DNA from: an uncultured delta proteobacterium
Lineage (GTDB): Bacteria; Desulfobacterota; Binatia; Binatales; Binataceae
Assembly (NCBI GenBank): GCA_963711565.1
Contig: CAVQEQ010000004.1
Span: forward strand, 736,001 to 800,000
Length of the DNA: 64,000 bases
Reading direction: 5' to 3'
This document shows positions 30,304 to 42,155 of the stretch, one piece after another; position 1 is the first letter of the stretch; every line of letters starts with the position of its first letter. A program made the translations under genes and the position numbers. Below the pieces are notes generated by a model. The model was not told the origin of the DNA and ran no database searches. It saw only the letters and a list, made by a program, of their open reading frames with translations.

Positions 30304-30507
30304 ATGAGTCACGAAGAACGCAAACTCGAGACGCGACGAAAGATTGCGATGGGAGGCCTCGTCATCAAAGCGGGGCTCGACCACGAGGAACCTGCAGTGC
30401 TGCTCGGCATGCTCATGTCGGCGGCCCGCGTCCTGTCGAGCGCTAACGCGGATGAGCACCGCAAGCGATGGCGAGAGCACGGTGACTCGGCCTTCAAAAG
30501 AGTGTGA
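30304..30507 (+). CDS. traD: Ti-type conjugal transfer protein TraD
   Basis: ERKLETRRKIAMGGLVIKAGL...LLGML...G. Confidence 0.8.
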   Translation: MSHEERKLETRRKIAMGGLVIKAGLDHEEPAVLLGMLMSAARVLSSANADEHRKRWREHGDSAFKRV

Positions 30508-30510
30508 ATC

Positions 30511-32484
30511 ATGCAACATCCGATAGTCATGGTTGCGACGCTGGCGCTTGTGCTGGGCCTGCTCTGCGTGACGGAAGTTCGCGAGAGCTGGGTCGGGTGG
30601 TTCGCTCGCGGCGTGTTCTGGTTCGGGATCACGATCCTGAGCCGCGACTACGCGAACGTCTGTGTAATGCGTCTCACCGCGAGCACAGCGTCCCCGTATT
30701 GGCGCTTCGTCATCGCACGCTCGTCTGTGACCGCAGAGGCTGTTGCCCCAGCGCTTCTGCTTCTCGGCACAATCGCGCTGCTTGAGGCCCGTGTCGTTGG
30801 GCGAGGGACCGTCTTTCTCGGCGCCGGCGCGACGCTCTGCTCGGGCATGCTGACGGGATGGCATGAAGTCTCACGCCTCGTGGGCTACTACCCCGCTTAT
30901 CCGGTTTCAACACTTGTCGGCTCAATGGATCCTTATGCGCAGGGTGGTTTCTATCTAGCGTTTTTCTCGGCCTTTCTCGCGATTAAAAAGGCCCGCAGGG
31001 CACCGGAAACCCGGTCTACGTGGCAGCGGTCGCCGTCCAGCCTTCACGGCACCAGCGACTGGATGCCGATGAGCACTGCGCGGCGGATGTTCCAAACTGG
31101 CGGCATCATTGTCGGCGAGGCGTACAGGCCGGATCGTGACCCGAAGCTTGGAGGCCAGGCTCCGTTGCTTCGCTACGATGGCAAGGTCGGCTCCGGGCAC
31201 TGTCTCGTCTTCGCCGGTTCGGGCGGCTACAAAACCACCGGGGTCGGAGTTCCGTGTGCGTTAGAGTGGAGCAGTGCTCTCGTTTACCTCGATCCTTCCG
31301 CAGAAGTCTTTCCGATCGTTCGCGCGTCGCGCGACGCGTTGGGCCATCGCGTGGTTTCTCTGAATCCGGAGGAAGGGCGCGGCGGATTCAACGTTCTCGA
31401 TTGGATCGATACCTCCGCGGATCGAAGCTTGATGGATATCCAGGCCGTGGTTGCATGGCTCGCAGGCGAGCAGCCTGCGGAACGCTATGACGACTACTTC
31501 AAACACGCGGCGCGAGCGCTGCTCGGGTGTCTTCTCGCGGATATCCTGTTTGCTCCTGGATTGCTTCCGGAAGAGAAGACGCTGACGCTTCTTCGCAAGC
31601 GGGTTGCGCTCCCGATCCCGGAGCTTCGGCAGCTTCTCGACGACATCTACGCCAAGGGCGATTCGTACGGCTTCGGTTTTCCGGCCCAGCTCGCTGGTAA
31701 TCTCAAAGACATCACCGAAAAGCAGTTTTCCGGGTTTTATGGCGAGGCCGGAAACCTCACTGCATGGCTCGCGGTGCCTTCACTGGCGCGATTGGTTTGC
31801 GGGTCATCTTTCCAGACGCGAGACATTCTGTCGGGCAGACTCGACGTGTTCATCAACGTTCCGCTCAAAGTCTTGCAGAGCAATCCGCAGGTCTGCCGCC
31901 TGATCCTTGGCGCGTTGCTGAATGCCGCGTACGAAGCACGAGGGGACCTGGGTGGGCGGATTCTGTTCGTGCTCGATGAGGTTGCGCGCCTCGGCTATAT
32001 GGGAATCCTCGAGACGGCTCGCGACGCCGGCCGCAAATACGGAATCAACCTGGTCCTGATGTACCAATCGCTCGGTCAGATGACCGGCACTTGGGGCCCG
32101 CAGGGGCGGCAGGCTTGGTTCGACTCGTCTTACTTGAAGTTGTTCGCCTGCCTTCACGACGTTGGTGCAGCGGAGTTTCTGTCAAAGGCGTGCGGGGAGT
32201 TCACGGCGGTCTCCGAGGGCTACACACATGGGTCAGGCACTTCGACCGGATCGGCGACCTCAAAGAGCAGCAGCACCCACGAGACGACCAGCGAGCAGCA
32301 GCTTGTGCGCCGGCTGATCAAGCCCGAAGAGATCCTTCAGACGCTTCGGTACGACGAGCAGATTGTCCTCATTTCGAATTGCCGTCCACTGCGATGTGGC
32401 CGGGCAATCTACTTCCGCAGGCCGAAAATGCTGACTCGTACGCAGTCCGACGAACTCCAGCAAATTAGACAAATCGCGAGATAG
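30511..32484 (+). CDS. traG: Type IV coupling protein TraG/VirD4 (Ti-type)
   Basis: TM segments, FAGSGGYKT, FVLDEVARLG, GRKYGI, YQSLGQ, RLIKPEEI. Confidence 0.9.
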   Translation: MQHPIVMVATLALVLGLLCVTEVRESWVGWFARGVFWFGITILSRDYANVCVMRLTASTASPYWRFVIARSSVTAEAVAPALLLLGTIALLEARVVGRGTVFLGAGATLCSGMLTGWHEVSRLVGYYPAYPVSTLVGSMDPYAQGGFYLAFFSAFLAIKKARRAPETRSTWQRSPSSLHGTSDWMPMSTARRMFQTGGIIVGEAYRPDRDPKLGGQAPLLRYDGKVGSGHCLVFAGSGGYKTTGVGVPCALEWSSALVYLDPSAEVFPIVRASRDALGHRVVSLNPEEGRGGFNVLDWIDTSADRSLMDIQAVVAWLAGEQPAERYDDYFKHAARALLGCLLADILFAPGLLPEEKTLTLLRKRVALPIPELRQLLDDIYAKGDSYGFGFPAQLAGNLKDITEKQFSGFYGEAGNLTAWLAVPSLARLVCGSSFQTRDILSGRLDVFINVPLKVLQSNPQVCRLILGALLNAAYEARGDLGGRILFVLDEVARLGYMGILETARDAGRKYGINLVLMYQSLGQMTGTWGPQGRQAWFDSSYLKLFACLHDVGAAEFLSKACGEFTAVSEGYTHGSGTSTGSATSKSSSTHETTSEQQLVRRLIKPEEILQTLRYDEQIVLISNCRPLRCGRAIYFRRPKMLTRTQSDELQQIRQIAR

Positions 32485-32535
32485 CTGCAGAAAGGAGCAG
32501 GGTGCCGGGAGCCTGAAAATCACGGAGCGAAGCGG

Positions 32536-32565
32536 AGTGCGCACTTATATGTCGCAGGCGACATA
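32536..32565 (-). other. oriT: MOBQ-type oriT
   Basis: Minus strand TATGTCGC-ct-GCGACATA hairpin followed by TAAGTGCGCACT, like the RSF1010-family nic consensus TAAGTGCGCCCT. Confidence 0.8.
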
Positions 32566-32604
32566 GCGCGGGATAGAGACGGCGCGGACGCAGATTCGAC
32601 GCAA

Positions 32605-35172
32605 ATGGCAATCTATCACTTCACAGCGAAAGTCATCAGCCGAAGCAAGGGGCGAAGCGCCGTTGCGGCTGCCGCGTATCGCTCGGGCTCGAAACTCCAC
32701 GATGCCCGCCAAGACATGAACTTCGACTACACCCAGAAATCGGAGGTCGTGTTCTCCGAGATTCTAGTACCCGAGGGCGCACCGGCCTGGATGGCCAATC
32801 GCGAGACGCTTTGGAACGCGGTCGAGGCCGGCGAGAAACGCAAAGACGCTCAACTCGCACGCGATATCGAATTCGCTTTGCCGCAGGAGCTCAGCAGCGT
32901 ACAAGCCATCGCTCTGGCGCGCGACTTCGTCCGACGCGAGTTCGTCGCTCGCGGCATGATCGCCGATCTGAACGTTCACTGGGAGCCGGATAATCCGCAC
33001 GTCCACCTGATGCTCACAATGCGCGAGGTGAGCGAGAGCGGTTTCGGCGTCAAAGTCACGGAATGGAACAAGGTTGCTCTGCTCCAAGAGTGGCGCGAGC
33101 GCTGGGCCGACTTGGCCAACGAACACCTGCTCCGCGCTGGCCACGACGTTCGGATCGATAACCGCAGCTACAGGGACCAAGGCGTCGAACTGGAGCCGAC
33201 GAGTCACCTCGGCAAGGCGGTCGAGGAGATGGACGCGCGCGGTCAGTACGCCGAGCGAGCCCAGCAGTTCGAGGAGGTGCGCGAAAGAAACGCGCGGCGG
33301 ATCGAACGGCGGCCGGAGATCGTGCTGGAGAATCTGACGCGCCAGCGTTCGACGTTCACGCGCAACGAGATCGCGCGCGAAGTGTTCCGCTGCATCGACG
33401 ATGGCGAACGCTTCCGGAACCTGATGGCGCGACTCGAAGGCTCGCGCGAACTGGCGGTCCTGACGCCCAATTTGATCCGAGACGGCGAGGTGATCGAGCC
33501 CGCTCGGTGCACGACGCGCACGATGCTGGCGATAGAAGCGCGGCTGGCCGAGACCGCTCAGCAAATGGCCACCAGTGAGAGCCATCCAGTGAGCAGGCGG
33601 AACGTCGAAGAGACGCTCAAGAGGCACGACCATTTGAGCGAGGAGCAGAAGGCTTCCGTGAAGGCGATGACAAGTGCGCGACAGATCGAGGCGATTGCCG
33701 GTTTCGCGGGTTCCGGAAAGTCGAAGGCTATCGAAGCCGCCCGCGAGGCGTGGCAGGCGGAAGGCTATCGCGTGATCGGCTCCGCGCTAGCCGGGATCGC
33801 CGCCGAGAACCTGAGCCGTGAGAGCGGAGTCGAAAGCCGGACGCTCGCATCGTGGGAACACTCTTGGCTGCGGGAACGAGAACAGCTCAGCGCGCGGTGT
33901 GTTCTGGTCGTCGACGAGGCCGGAATGGTTGGAAGCAAACAGCTTGAGCGCGTGCTGTCCGAGGCGAAACGGCAGGGTGCTAAGGTCGTGCTCGTGGGCG
34001 ACGCCGAACAGCTCCAGCCCATTGAGGCAGGCGCGGCGTTCCGCGCGATAGCCGAGCGCGTCGGCCACCAGGAACTCACGGCGATCCGCCGCCAACGGGA
34101 CCAGTGGCAGCGTGACGCGAGCCAGGACTTCGCGCGCGGCGAACCAGCCCATGCGCTTGAGCGATATCAGACGCACGGTGCCGTTGGATTTGCCGAGAGC
34201 AGGAGCGAGGCTAAGCGACGGCTTATTGAAGAGTGGGCTAAGCACCTTGCTGCCGAACCTGACGGAAACATGCTGATTCTCGCGCACAGCCGAGCGGACG
34301 TGAGAGACCTGAACGACCGGGCGCGGCAGATTCTTCGCGAACGTGGTGGGCTTGGGGAAGATGTATCCATCACGGTGAGCCGCGAGGTCATGCAGCCCGA
34401 CGGAACGGTCGCGATCGAACGCTCAGAGCGAATTCTCGCGCCTGGTGACCGGGTGATGTTTCTCAAGAACAACCGAGATCTCGCGGTGAAGAACGGCTCG
34501 CTCGGAACCGTCACAGAGTTTGCAAGCGGCGCAATTGCGGTGCGGCTGGACGCCAAGGAAGGGCGAGAAGTCGAGTTTCGACTGGACGACTATTCCGCAC
34601 TCGACCACGGCTACGCCGCGACGATCCACAAGGCGCAGGGAGCTACAGTGGAAAGGGCCTTCGTGCTGGCGACACCAGGAATGGACCGGCACCTCGCCTA
34701 CGTCGCGATGACCCGTCATCGGGAGCAGGCGGAAATCTATTTCAGCCGGGAGGATTTCCCGAACTTCGAGGTTCTCAAGGAGCGTCTATCGCGTGAACGA
34801 ATGAAGGACACGACGCTCGATTACGCCGAGCGCCGCGGCCTTGAAGTGAGCGCGTCGAATGCACGGCGCGACAATGTGAATGTTCCAGAACGTGATCCGA
34901 TCGAGCATTTTAAGAAGACTCAACAGGAGTTCATCCATACCGCCAGCAGAGCTGATCTCGATCTGGTCGCCAAGCCGCGCGTGGCCGAACTGCGCCAGGA
35001 GATGAAACAGAGCGCTCAGGAAATCGCCAAGGACTCAGCCCTCATGCGCGAGGCGGAGCGCGCAGGAATCTCGACTCAAATCAGAAATTTCGCGAGACAG
35101 AATCAGTACGAAACGAGTCAGGACCAGGTGAAACATCGAGTGCCCGACAGAGACGATTCTTTGGAGAAGTGA
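32605..35172 (+). CDS. traA: Ti-type relaxase TraA (MobA/MobL plus RecD-like helicase)
   Basis: MAIYH, SAVAAAAYR, NPHVHLMLT, GFAGSGKS, VDEAGMV, HKAQGATV. Confidence 0.93.
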   Translation: MAIYHFTAKVISRSKGRSAVAAAAYRSGSKLHDARQDMNFDYTQKSEVVFSEILVPEGAPAWMANRETLWNAVEAGEKRKDAQLARDIEFALPQELSSVQAIALARDFVRREFVARGMIADLNVHWEPDNPHVHLMLTMREVSESGFGVKVTEWNKVALLQEWRERWADLANEHLLRAGHDVRIDNRSYRDQGVELEPTSHLGKAVEEMDARGQYAERAQQFEEVRERNARRIERRPEIVLENLTRQRSTFTRNEIAREVFRCIDDGERFRNLMARLEGSRELAVLTPNLIRDGEVIEPARCTTRTMLAIEARLAETAQQMATSESHPVSRRNVEETLKRHDHLSEEQKASVKAMTSARQIEAIAGFAGSGKSKAIEAAREAWQAEGYRVIGSALAGIAAENLSRESGVESRTLASWEHSWLREREQLSARCVLVVDEAGMVGSKQLERVLSEAKRQGAKVVLVGDAEQLQPIEAGAAFRAIAERVGHQELTAIRRQRDQWQRDASQDFARGEPAHALERYQTHGAVGFAESRSEAKRRLIEEWAKHLAAEPDGNMLILAHSRADVRDLNDRARQILRERGGLGEDVSITVSREVMQPDGTVAIERSERILAPGDRVMFLKNNRDLAVKNGSLGTVTEFASGAIAVRLDAKEGREVEFRLDDYSALDHGYAATIHKAQGATVERAFVLATPGMDRHLAYVAMTRHREQAEIYFSREDFPNFEVLKERLSRERMKDTTLDYAERRGLEVSASNARRDNVNVPERDPIEHFKKTQQEFIHTASRADLDLVAKPRVAELRQEMKQSAQEIAKDSALMREAERAGISTQIRNFARQNQYETSQDQVKHRVPDRDDSLEK

Positions 35173-35458
35173 ATGCTTTATCTCGCTTCCTTAGCAGCGC
35201 GCGCGCCATCTAACTACTAACTTTGGACGCCGGCCTCAAGAGATCCCTCAATTTCGGGACTTTCTGGTTTCGAGCGGTGAAATGCGTTTCATCGGATCAT
35301 CGAAAAATCGCCTGGGCCCGAATCGACGGTAGCCAGCCAGTGCCATTCGTTCTTCGCATCAATAGGGAGTGACACGCTGCCAGATTCCCCGCGACCGATA
35401 GTGAACTTGCCCGTTGCCGCTGCTTGAGCAGTCACGCGACCGGGCTTAGCATCGGTGG

Positions 35459-38400
35459 GTGATGAAGCGGCGTTCAGTCAAAACTTCGCATGCGGGTTTC
35501 AGCCGAGTTAAAGGTGCGGCCCGCCCAGTTGCAGACGCTAGGCCCTCGAACGCCGGCGACCGATATCACCTTGCATACGTCGCGCGCCGATTGCTGCGAA
35601 TGCTTCATCCCTCCTCAGACTTGGCTTGCGTCACGATCGAAAACGTAGCGCCAGCAGATCAAAGCGCGGCTATTGACGAGCGTAGCTTTCTCGGAGTCGA
35701 CGTAACCGAATACGAGGGGCGAACCAGCCTCACATCTGCGCATAAGGTAACGGTCAGTCAGGTAAAATACAGCCCACTTCGTCCCGAATCGTCGTGGACG
35801 CTGGCGCGTCTCGCAAGGAACGACCGCGTAGCTGACCGTGAGAAGCAGAGGTCTTCTGTTTTGCGAAAGTTAGCCGACATGTACCGGGCTCTCGCCGGAG
35901 CTAACACACGCGCGACTCCGATAGTTGTTCGGCTGGTTACGAATCAGCCTCTCTCGGCTGATCTGCGCGCCGATATAAACGCAATTCGCTCGGCTCTCAA
36001 CGTCTTGCCACTCACGTCCGCAAATGCGCTCAGGGAAATTCCCGGTCGTGCCGGACGAACCGCTCACCAGATAAAGGCGGCTTCTGGATTAAACTGGCCA
36101 AACCTCGCTGGTTTTATTCGATCTTGGGATTTAGAAGCGTTTGGACAGGCCTCGCTCTTCACGAGCGAGGCAGAACTTTTTCACGATTTTGCGGGTGCGT
36201 ATCCGGAGGCTTGGCTTCGACTCGATGCACTTTTCGGTGAATTGCAGTCGGCTTCTACCCCGCGGCGGCGCGTGACGCTCGATCGGACCTTCACCTTTGC
36301 AGCCCTTCGACTGTTGGAGGAAGAACTTTTTCCTGCGCCACCGGTCTGTGGCGACGGCGCGGACCTCTTCGCCACGGCAGCAAGTGAGGCGCTTCTGAAC
36401 GAACTCAATGCCTCAGATGGAATCGTCGCGGTTCATGGGCTCGCTGGGATTGGAAAGACCAGTGCGCTTTTGGTAGCCCTCCGCGAGCATGGAGCCGGCG
36501 TACTTTACGATTGCTATGCGGGGGGTCGCGGCCTCCGACCCGGGCAGGAGCGTTTTGAGTATCCCGTCTGCTTCACTCAGGTCATCAACGAACTGGAAGG
36601 ACGGTTCAACACGGGTATGCTCGCCACAACGCGCCTGGACTACCGGCCATTATTAGGTCGTTTAATTGAGTCCGTCGGGGCTGCAGCAAAGAAAGCAGGG
36701 CAGTTCGGAAAGCGGTTGGTAATTGCGTTCGACGCGGTGGACAACGCTGTCGAGCAGAAGCGCCGCACGATTGGAGATACGCGTCCCTCGTTTGTACAAA
36801 TGCTATTGCAGATCGAGTGGCCACCGAACTGTGTGGTGGTCGTCTCATTTCGAAGCGAGAACGAAAGAGAACGTCTTGGACGCTGCAGGTCGAGTACGCT
36901 TTCTTAAGATCGATGGCTTTACGCAATCCGAGATACGAGAACTCGCCGCCACGCACGGAGCACTTGTCACTGGCTCTGATCTGCTCTTTCTGTGGAAGCG
37001 TACCGCCGGCAATCCTAGGGTCGCCGCGAAAGTCTTAGACGAGATAGCCGCGAATTCTTCTGTGAATGCAAAAACGCTGATAGATACGACGGCGCGTTTG
37101 GACGCATTCGCCTACTACGATCAGGAACAGCAAACTGGACGTCGGCTCGCCGACGAACGAGCGCTTTCTTTGCTCGCCCTTCTCTTCGAAATCCGCCAGC
37201 CTCCTTCCTTGGCAACACTGGCGCAAGCCGCTGGAGAGCGGCTGGAAGATGTTCGCCACCAACTTGCTGGACTGCAGTTCGGCGTACGAATTACGTCTGA
37301 TGATGCAGTAGAATGGGTCGATCAGGACTTTCTCGACTGGGTCGGCGAACGTCTTGCGACGTGGTGCTTAAACGCCCGCGGCCGCTTGGCAGATTTTTGC
37401 GCCGCCAAGTTCGAGCAAGATGCATACGCGCGTTGGAACCTCTCGTACCATTTTCTGCAAGCAAACCGCTATCAACAGATTTTGGAATGGTGGGCCGTAC
37501 CAGGTCGACTCGACGCACAGCGTGCAGCAGCGCAACCGCATGAGGAGCGTGTACTAAATGACTTGCACGCTCTGGTTGTTGCTTCCTTAGAACTTGCCCG
37601 CGACGAGGAGGCTGTATTGTGGCTTTTTCGAGCCGCAGATTTGGCAGGCGGCCGAGACGCTTTCGCATTGGCACTAGCCGATCACCTCGATGTAACAGTG
37701 GCAGCTGACATCACGGGCTTGATAGACGAGGACGTGCGCGGGGGCTCAACTCGACCAGCTGCGGGGCGTTCCGGGGCTCATCGAGCCTCTCGTCGCCTCT
37801 GGCATCGCGATGCCGCTTCCGACTTCAGCCTCGCAGCCGCACTATCTATGCGTCCGGACCGACGCGACGATGCGGCAAGAATATTCGCTAGGGCTGTTTC
37901 ATCACGTTGACAGGAAGAAGCGCGATTTCCAGAAGCTTCGCGCCACGGCCTCGGGAGAGATGTGTGGGAGGAAATAGCCCGTTATCACTGCCGAATGGAG
38001 GGACTTTCTATAGCGCTGCGCTGGATCTCGCGTGGTGGGAAGTCTCCTTGGGCGCTTGATATGGCCGTCGCCGCGGCTGGAGACTGGATAACGTCGAACG
38101 AGAAAGAGCCGCTCGCACTAATACTGAAATCCCGGCTACCAGCGGCGATTCAGACCGCGGCGTGCCTTGGAGTTTTGTCAGCGAACCATTCCGAGCACTC
38201 CGCGGGTGCGGCATTACGCCAATTGTCGCGGCCCGTTGTTCGAGCTGCTGCAGCCTCCGTAGAACGCGCGTTGGTCTCGGGGGTTCCGTTGCGCACTTTG
38301 GCCGACCAGCGTGGTTTCCCCCCACAACCGGTAGGCACGGCGCTAGTAGCTGCAGCAGAACAACTCCTTGCAGCCGGGTTCTCAACGGAAGTCCGGAAAT

Positions 38401-41400
38401 TGACGAGCAACTGGTCCGTACCATCGCCCCGATTCTGGTCCGACTCGTCCATAAGGGAATTTTTGCGATGGAACGCACTCCGAGAAGCGTCCGGTGGTAT
38501 CGCTTTCGACCCGAACTTGTACGAACCCCCGCCGCGAGAAAATACGACAACAAAGGCGCGACCGGGTAAGACGGACGATGACGATCGCGAGCGCGATCAA
38601 CTACGACAAGTGATGGGGACTCTCTACCCTGCGTTGCAATTACGTGCCCGCGCTTGGGCGGGGCGCGACAATAAAGAGATACCGGATACAGTGCGTCGAA
38701 TACTCTCTAGTTCAATCGCGCATATGCGGCCTGCTGGAATCTCTCACTTGGCCTCACCGGCAATTGTCGCCTCTTGGCTCTTAGAAGCCGCGATCGCGCT
38801 CCCCTCGAATGAAGGCGCACTTGTGGATGATATTCTTGCGGCAGTCGATCGCGCATTGCAGGGAACGCGAGATGATTCTGAAGCTGTCCTTGCTGATGTT
38901 CTGTCGCATGACAAACGCTACATAGGGATCGCGGATCGGCTCATTCGAAAGGAAGTTCAACGCTGCCGCCCGCCAGCAGTGCCAGCAATAGAGGCGGTCG
39001 CTCGCCTACTTGCTCTCTATTTCGCAGCCAACCGGGTGGACCAAAGTCTCGCTCGAGATCTCATCGAGCAGGCCCGCGATGTAGCTGGTGAAATCGACAG
39101 TCTCGCTGGTGATCGCGGAGCGGCTTTGGAGCGGGCCGCTGCCGCAGCTTGCGAACGCGCGATCGACAACGGATTGGACGCATCAATTCTCGACCGTCTA
39201 TGCGCTCTCGTAACATACTGGCGTGGGATCGATAAGAAGAGCGTGTCAGTGGCTTGGGCCCTTGAGCTGCTTGCGCGCCTTGACGTCTCCGCTGCAGTGG
39301 AACGGGCGTGGATGCTCGATGAGGGCGACTTGTGCGACATCTTCGATGGAGCAGTTGCGGTAGCCACGGGAGCGCTCAGCTCGCAAGTACTTTCAGCCGC
39401 AGAGGTTTGGCCAATCATAGCCTTGCATCGTGAGTCGCCCCGATGGATAAAATTCACGCGGGACGTGATAGAGCGCCTCGCTGCGGCTGCGGACGCGGCG
39501 CTGGTCCCAGCTTTTTCGGCTGCCGCCTTAGCTACTAGACGACAAATAACTGAGGAAGGCTCCGAGAGCATAGGGCGAATACGCGATTTCTTGGACTGGA
39601 TTGATAGGCTCGGACTCGGCTCGACCTCGGACGCGCAGAAAATGAAGGCGATACTCGGGGCCCTTCGAACGGAACCTGCTCCGAATTCTAAGAGCGTGTC
39701 CTCCATGTCATTTGAGTTGCCAACGAAGGAAGAGCTTCCGTTGTTTCTACAGGAGTCTGCGGCTTTGCTGGGCTCCTCGCCCCGGGATGCTTTATCGCGG
39801 CTCAATAGCGCAGACCGAGGCGAATTGGCTCTTGTCAGAGCGACCGATTTGCTCCCTTTGATCGAACGATTGCGCGAGTCACTTCCATTGAGCGATCGGA
39901 TACGATTAGGAGAAATAATTGAGCGGTGGGGTAGTTCTTCGAGTTTCGGCCGACAGGACGCGATCGGATGTCTAGACAAGCTGCTGTCCAGACCGTCTGA
40001 TCCAGCGGTAGAGATTCCTCAAGAGGTCCGTTCGGCGATACGAGATTCAATCTCAAGACTCATCGATCCAGACACTCTTGCATACGCAGCGTCCGATTGG
40101 TCGCCGGACTCGGGCAGGGCAATCTTCGATGGGGCCTGGGGCGACCCTGCGCAGCGTCGGATCACGCTGCTTCGCCGGATTGCGGTGCATCTCCCCGACC
40201 TTCAGGCCTCATCCATCTTTCGACTGGCCTCCCGGATCGCCGAGCTACTCGACGACGCGGCGCTTGTACGCGTTACACATGCAATGATCGAAGAGACCTT
40301 TGAGAAAGCCCCCATTTGTTACACTCCGGTAGTTTTCGGACGCGAGGCGAGTCGAGGCATTCCTCATCTGCTTGCACTTTGCCTAAGTCACCAACGACTG
40401 GACGTTCGTTGGCGAGCTCTTGATTGTGTCGTACACGGATTGAGTGACGTCGATGAATCGACGGCGCCGACCGGGGCTCGCGAGGCGGTGGCAGTCGCGG
40501 CCCGGAGTCTGCTGGCGGCGCTCCTCGAAGAGTTCTCGGATGAGTCAAGACCACGCTGGGTAACGACTCGCGAATGGCTCGCCTTTGCATTCGACCACGT
40601 CGCGCATCGAACGCCTTGGGTGTTAACACCCGCTGTGCTCGCTCTTATGCCGCATGCGCTTTCTCGTCAATTTCCTCATGTAAAAATCCGTGAACATCTG
40701 CGATCCACGCTCCTATCGTTGGAGATAGCGGGCGCCGCGTCGCTTAAACCCCGAGAGCATAAGGCTCTGAATGAGGTAAATCGGCCGGTGGGAGAAACAG
40801 ACGAAACCGCGACCGTTAATGTGCACTGGCCGGAGGGTGAGGTAACAAAGGACGCATTTGAAATAAGCTCATATGATTGGGACACGAATCAATATTGGTA
40901 CGACGCTATGCTCAGAAGTTTCGCCGGGGACGCGGCATACCTAAAGAACGGCGCATTTGCAGCGGCTAAATTTTGGGCCGGGCGTCTAGGAGTTACAGAT
41001 TCGATGGTTCAAGCGGAGAGGACGGACGAGAGAGGCCGATATCGCTGGCAAGAAACCAGCAATCGGCACGGCAGCGAGCCACATGTTGAGCTTCTGGACA
41101 AATACGTCGCGCGTCAGGCGCTCTTTCTCATTGCAGGGACGCTGGTCGACCAAATACCGATTAAGAAAACGCGTGACTACGACGACCGATGGAACGATTT
41201 TCTTCGATATAGAAGTCGCGGTGCCGATTCCGAACTGACTGGAAGGTGGATCGATGCTCCGCCGGCAGAGCCCGAGAATTACCAGATTTTCGCGGCGCCG
41301 CTATCAGAGTGGCGTGAAACGCTCTCGGACGAAGACTATCTTGCCGAGCTGACGTCCGGAGTCGCTGATGGGTGGATCGTCGTGGCCGGGGATCGCAGAG

Positions 41401-42155
41401 TGTCCGCGTGGGACCGCAATTTTACCAGTCACATTGATACAGCTTTGGTAGATAGCCGAACGGCTTCGTCGCTGGTTCGTATTTTTGAAGCACATGATTC
41501 CGATCGGTATTCCGGCTTGCCAACTTGGGACGTACACTACGACTGTACTGTGAAGGAGGCAGAAGGAGAGTGCCGGCGTCCCGAATCAAAATGGGCGCAC
41601 ATTGAGCGCGCGGACCGTTTCCAACGCAACGCCAAGTCGAAGCGCGACCAAGACTACGGAAGCCGATTTAGCATAGTGCCGACCGAGATAGCCTTCCACC
41701 AGGAGCTTCCGCTGCACGAGACCGATCCACTATGGCGGGGATCGAGCAGACACTATTCTCTCCCAACTCCTGCGATTGTTATCGCTCTCGGCTGGACACG
41801 CGTGTTTGGGCGACCTGAATGGTGCAACGAGGAGGGTTCCGTGGTCGCGAGATACGAAGTTTGGTCGCAAGAAAACGGGAGAAGGTGGTCATATGGGCAC
41901 CGTCTTCTGGTCCGAGTCGGCGCTCTCGAAACTTTTCACGAGAAAATTGGAATAGGCCGAAGTTCAATGGAGCTAGTCTGGTCCGTGCGGATCAGCAGAG
42001 AAATCCTCGAGGCAGGGGAGCGAGTCGGTGAAATCGATCTCGGTACGAAACGCGCTTTTCTCTGGAGCGGATTAAGGGGATTTATAAGTTCCACTCTTGA
42101 CCATCCCATAGCAAACGCACCAGCTCGAGTAGAAAACTCAGACGAGCGTTCGTGA
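35459..42155 (+). pseudogene. avs3a: AVAST type 3 Avs3a-like nuclease-STAND ATPase-sensor, disrupted by a frameshift (~36863) and an in-frame TGA (37908-37910)
   Basis: SNAGDRYHLAYVARRLL...DV...QVKYS nuclease, HGLAGIGKT, AFDAVDN; ORFs 36723-37910 and 37962-42155 share one frame; about 2230 codons in total. Confidence 0.75.

Noticed and set aside
37908-37910. Selenocysteine or programmed readthrough at the in-frame TGA
   Set aside because: No redox-motif context or convincing SECIS hairpin, and the same gene also has a frameshift.
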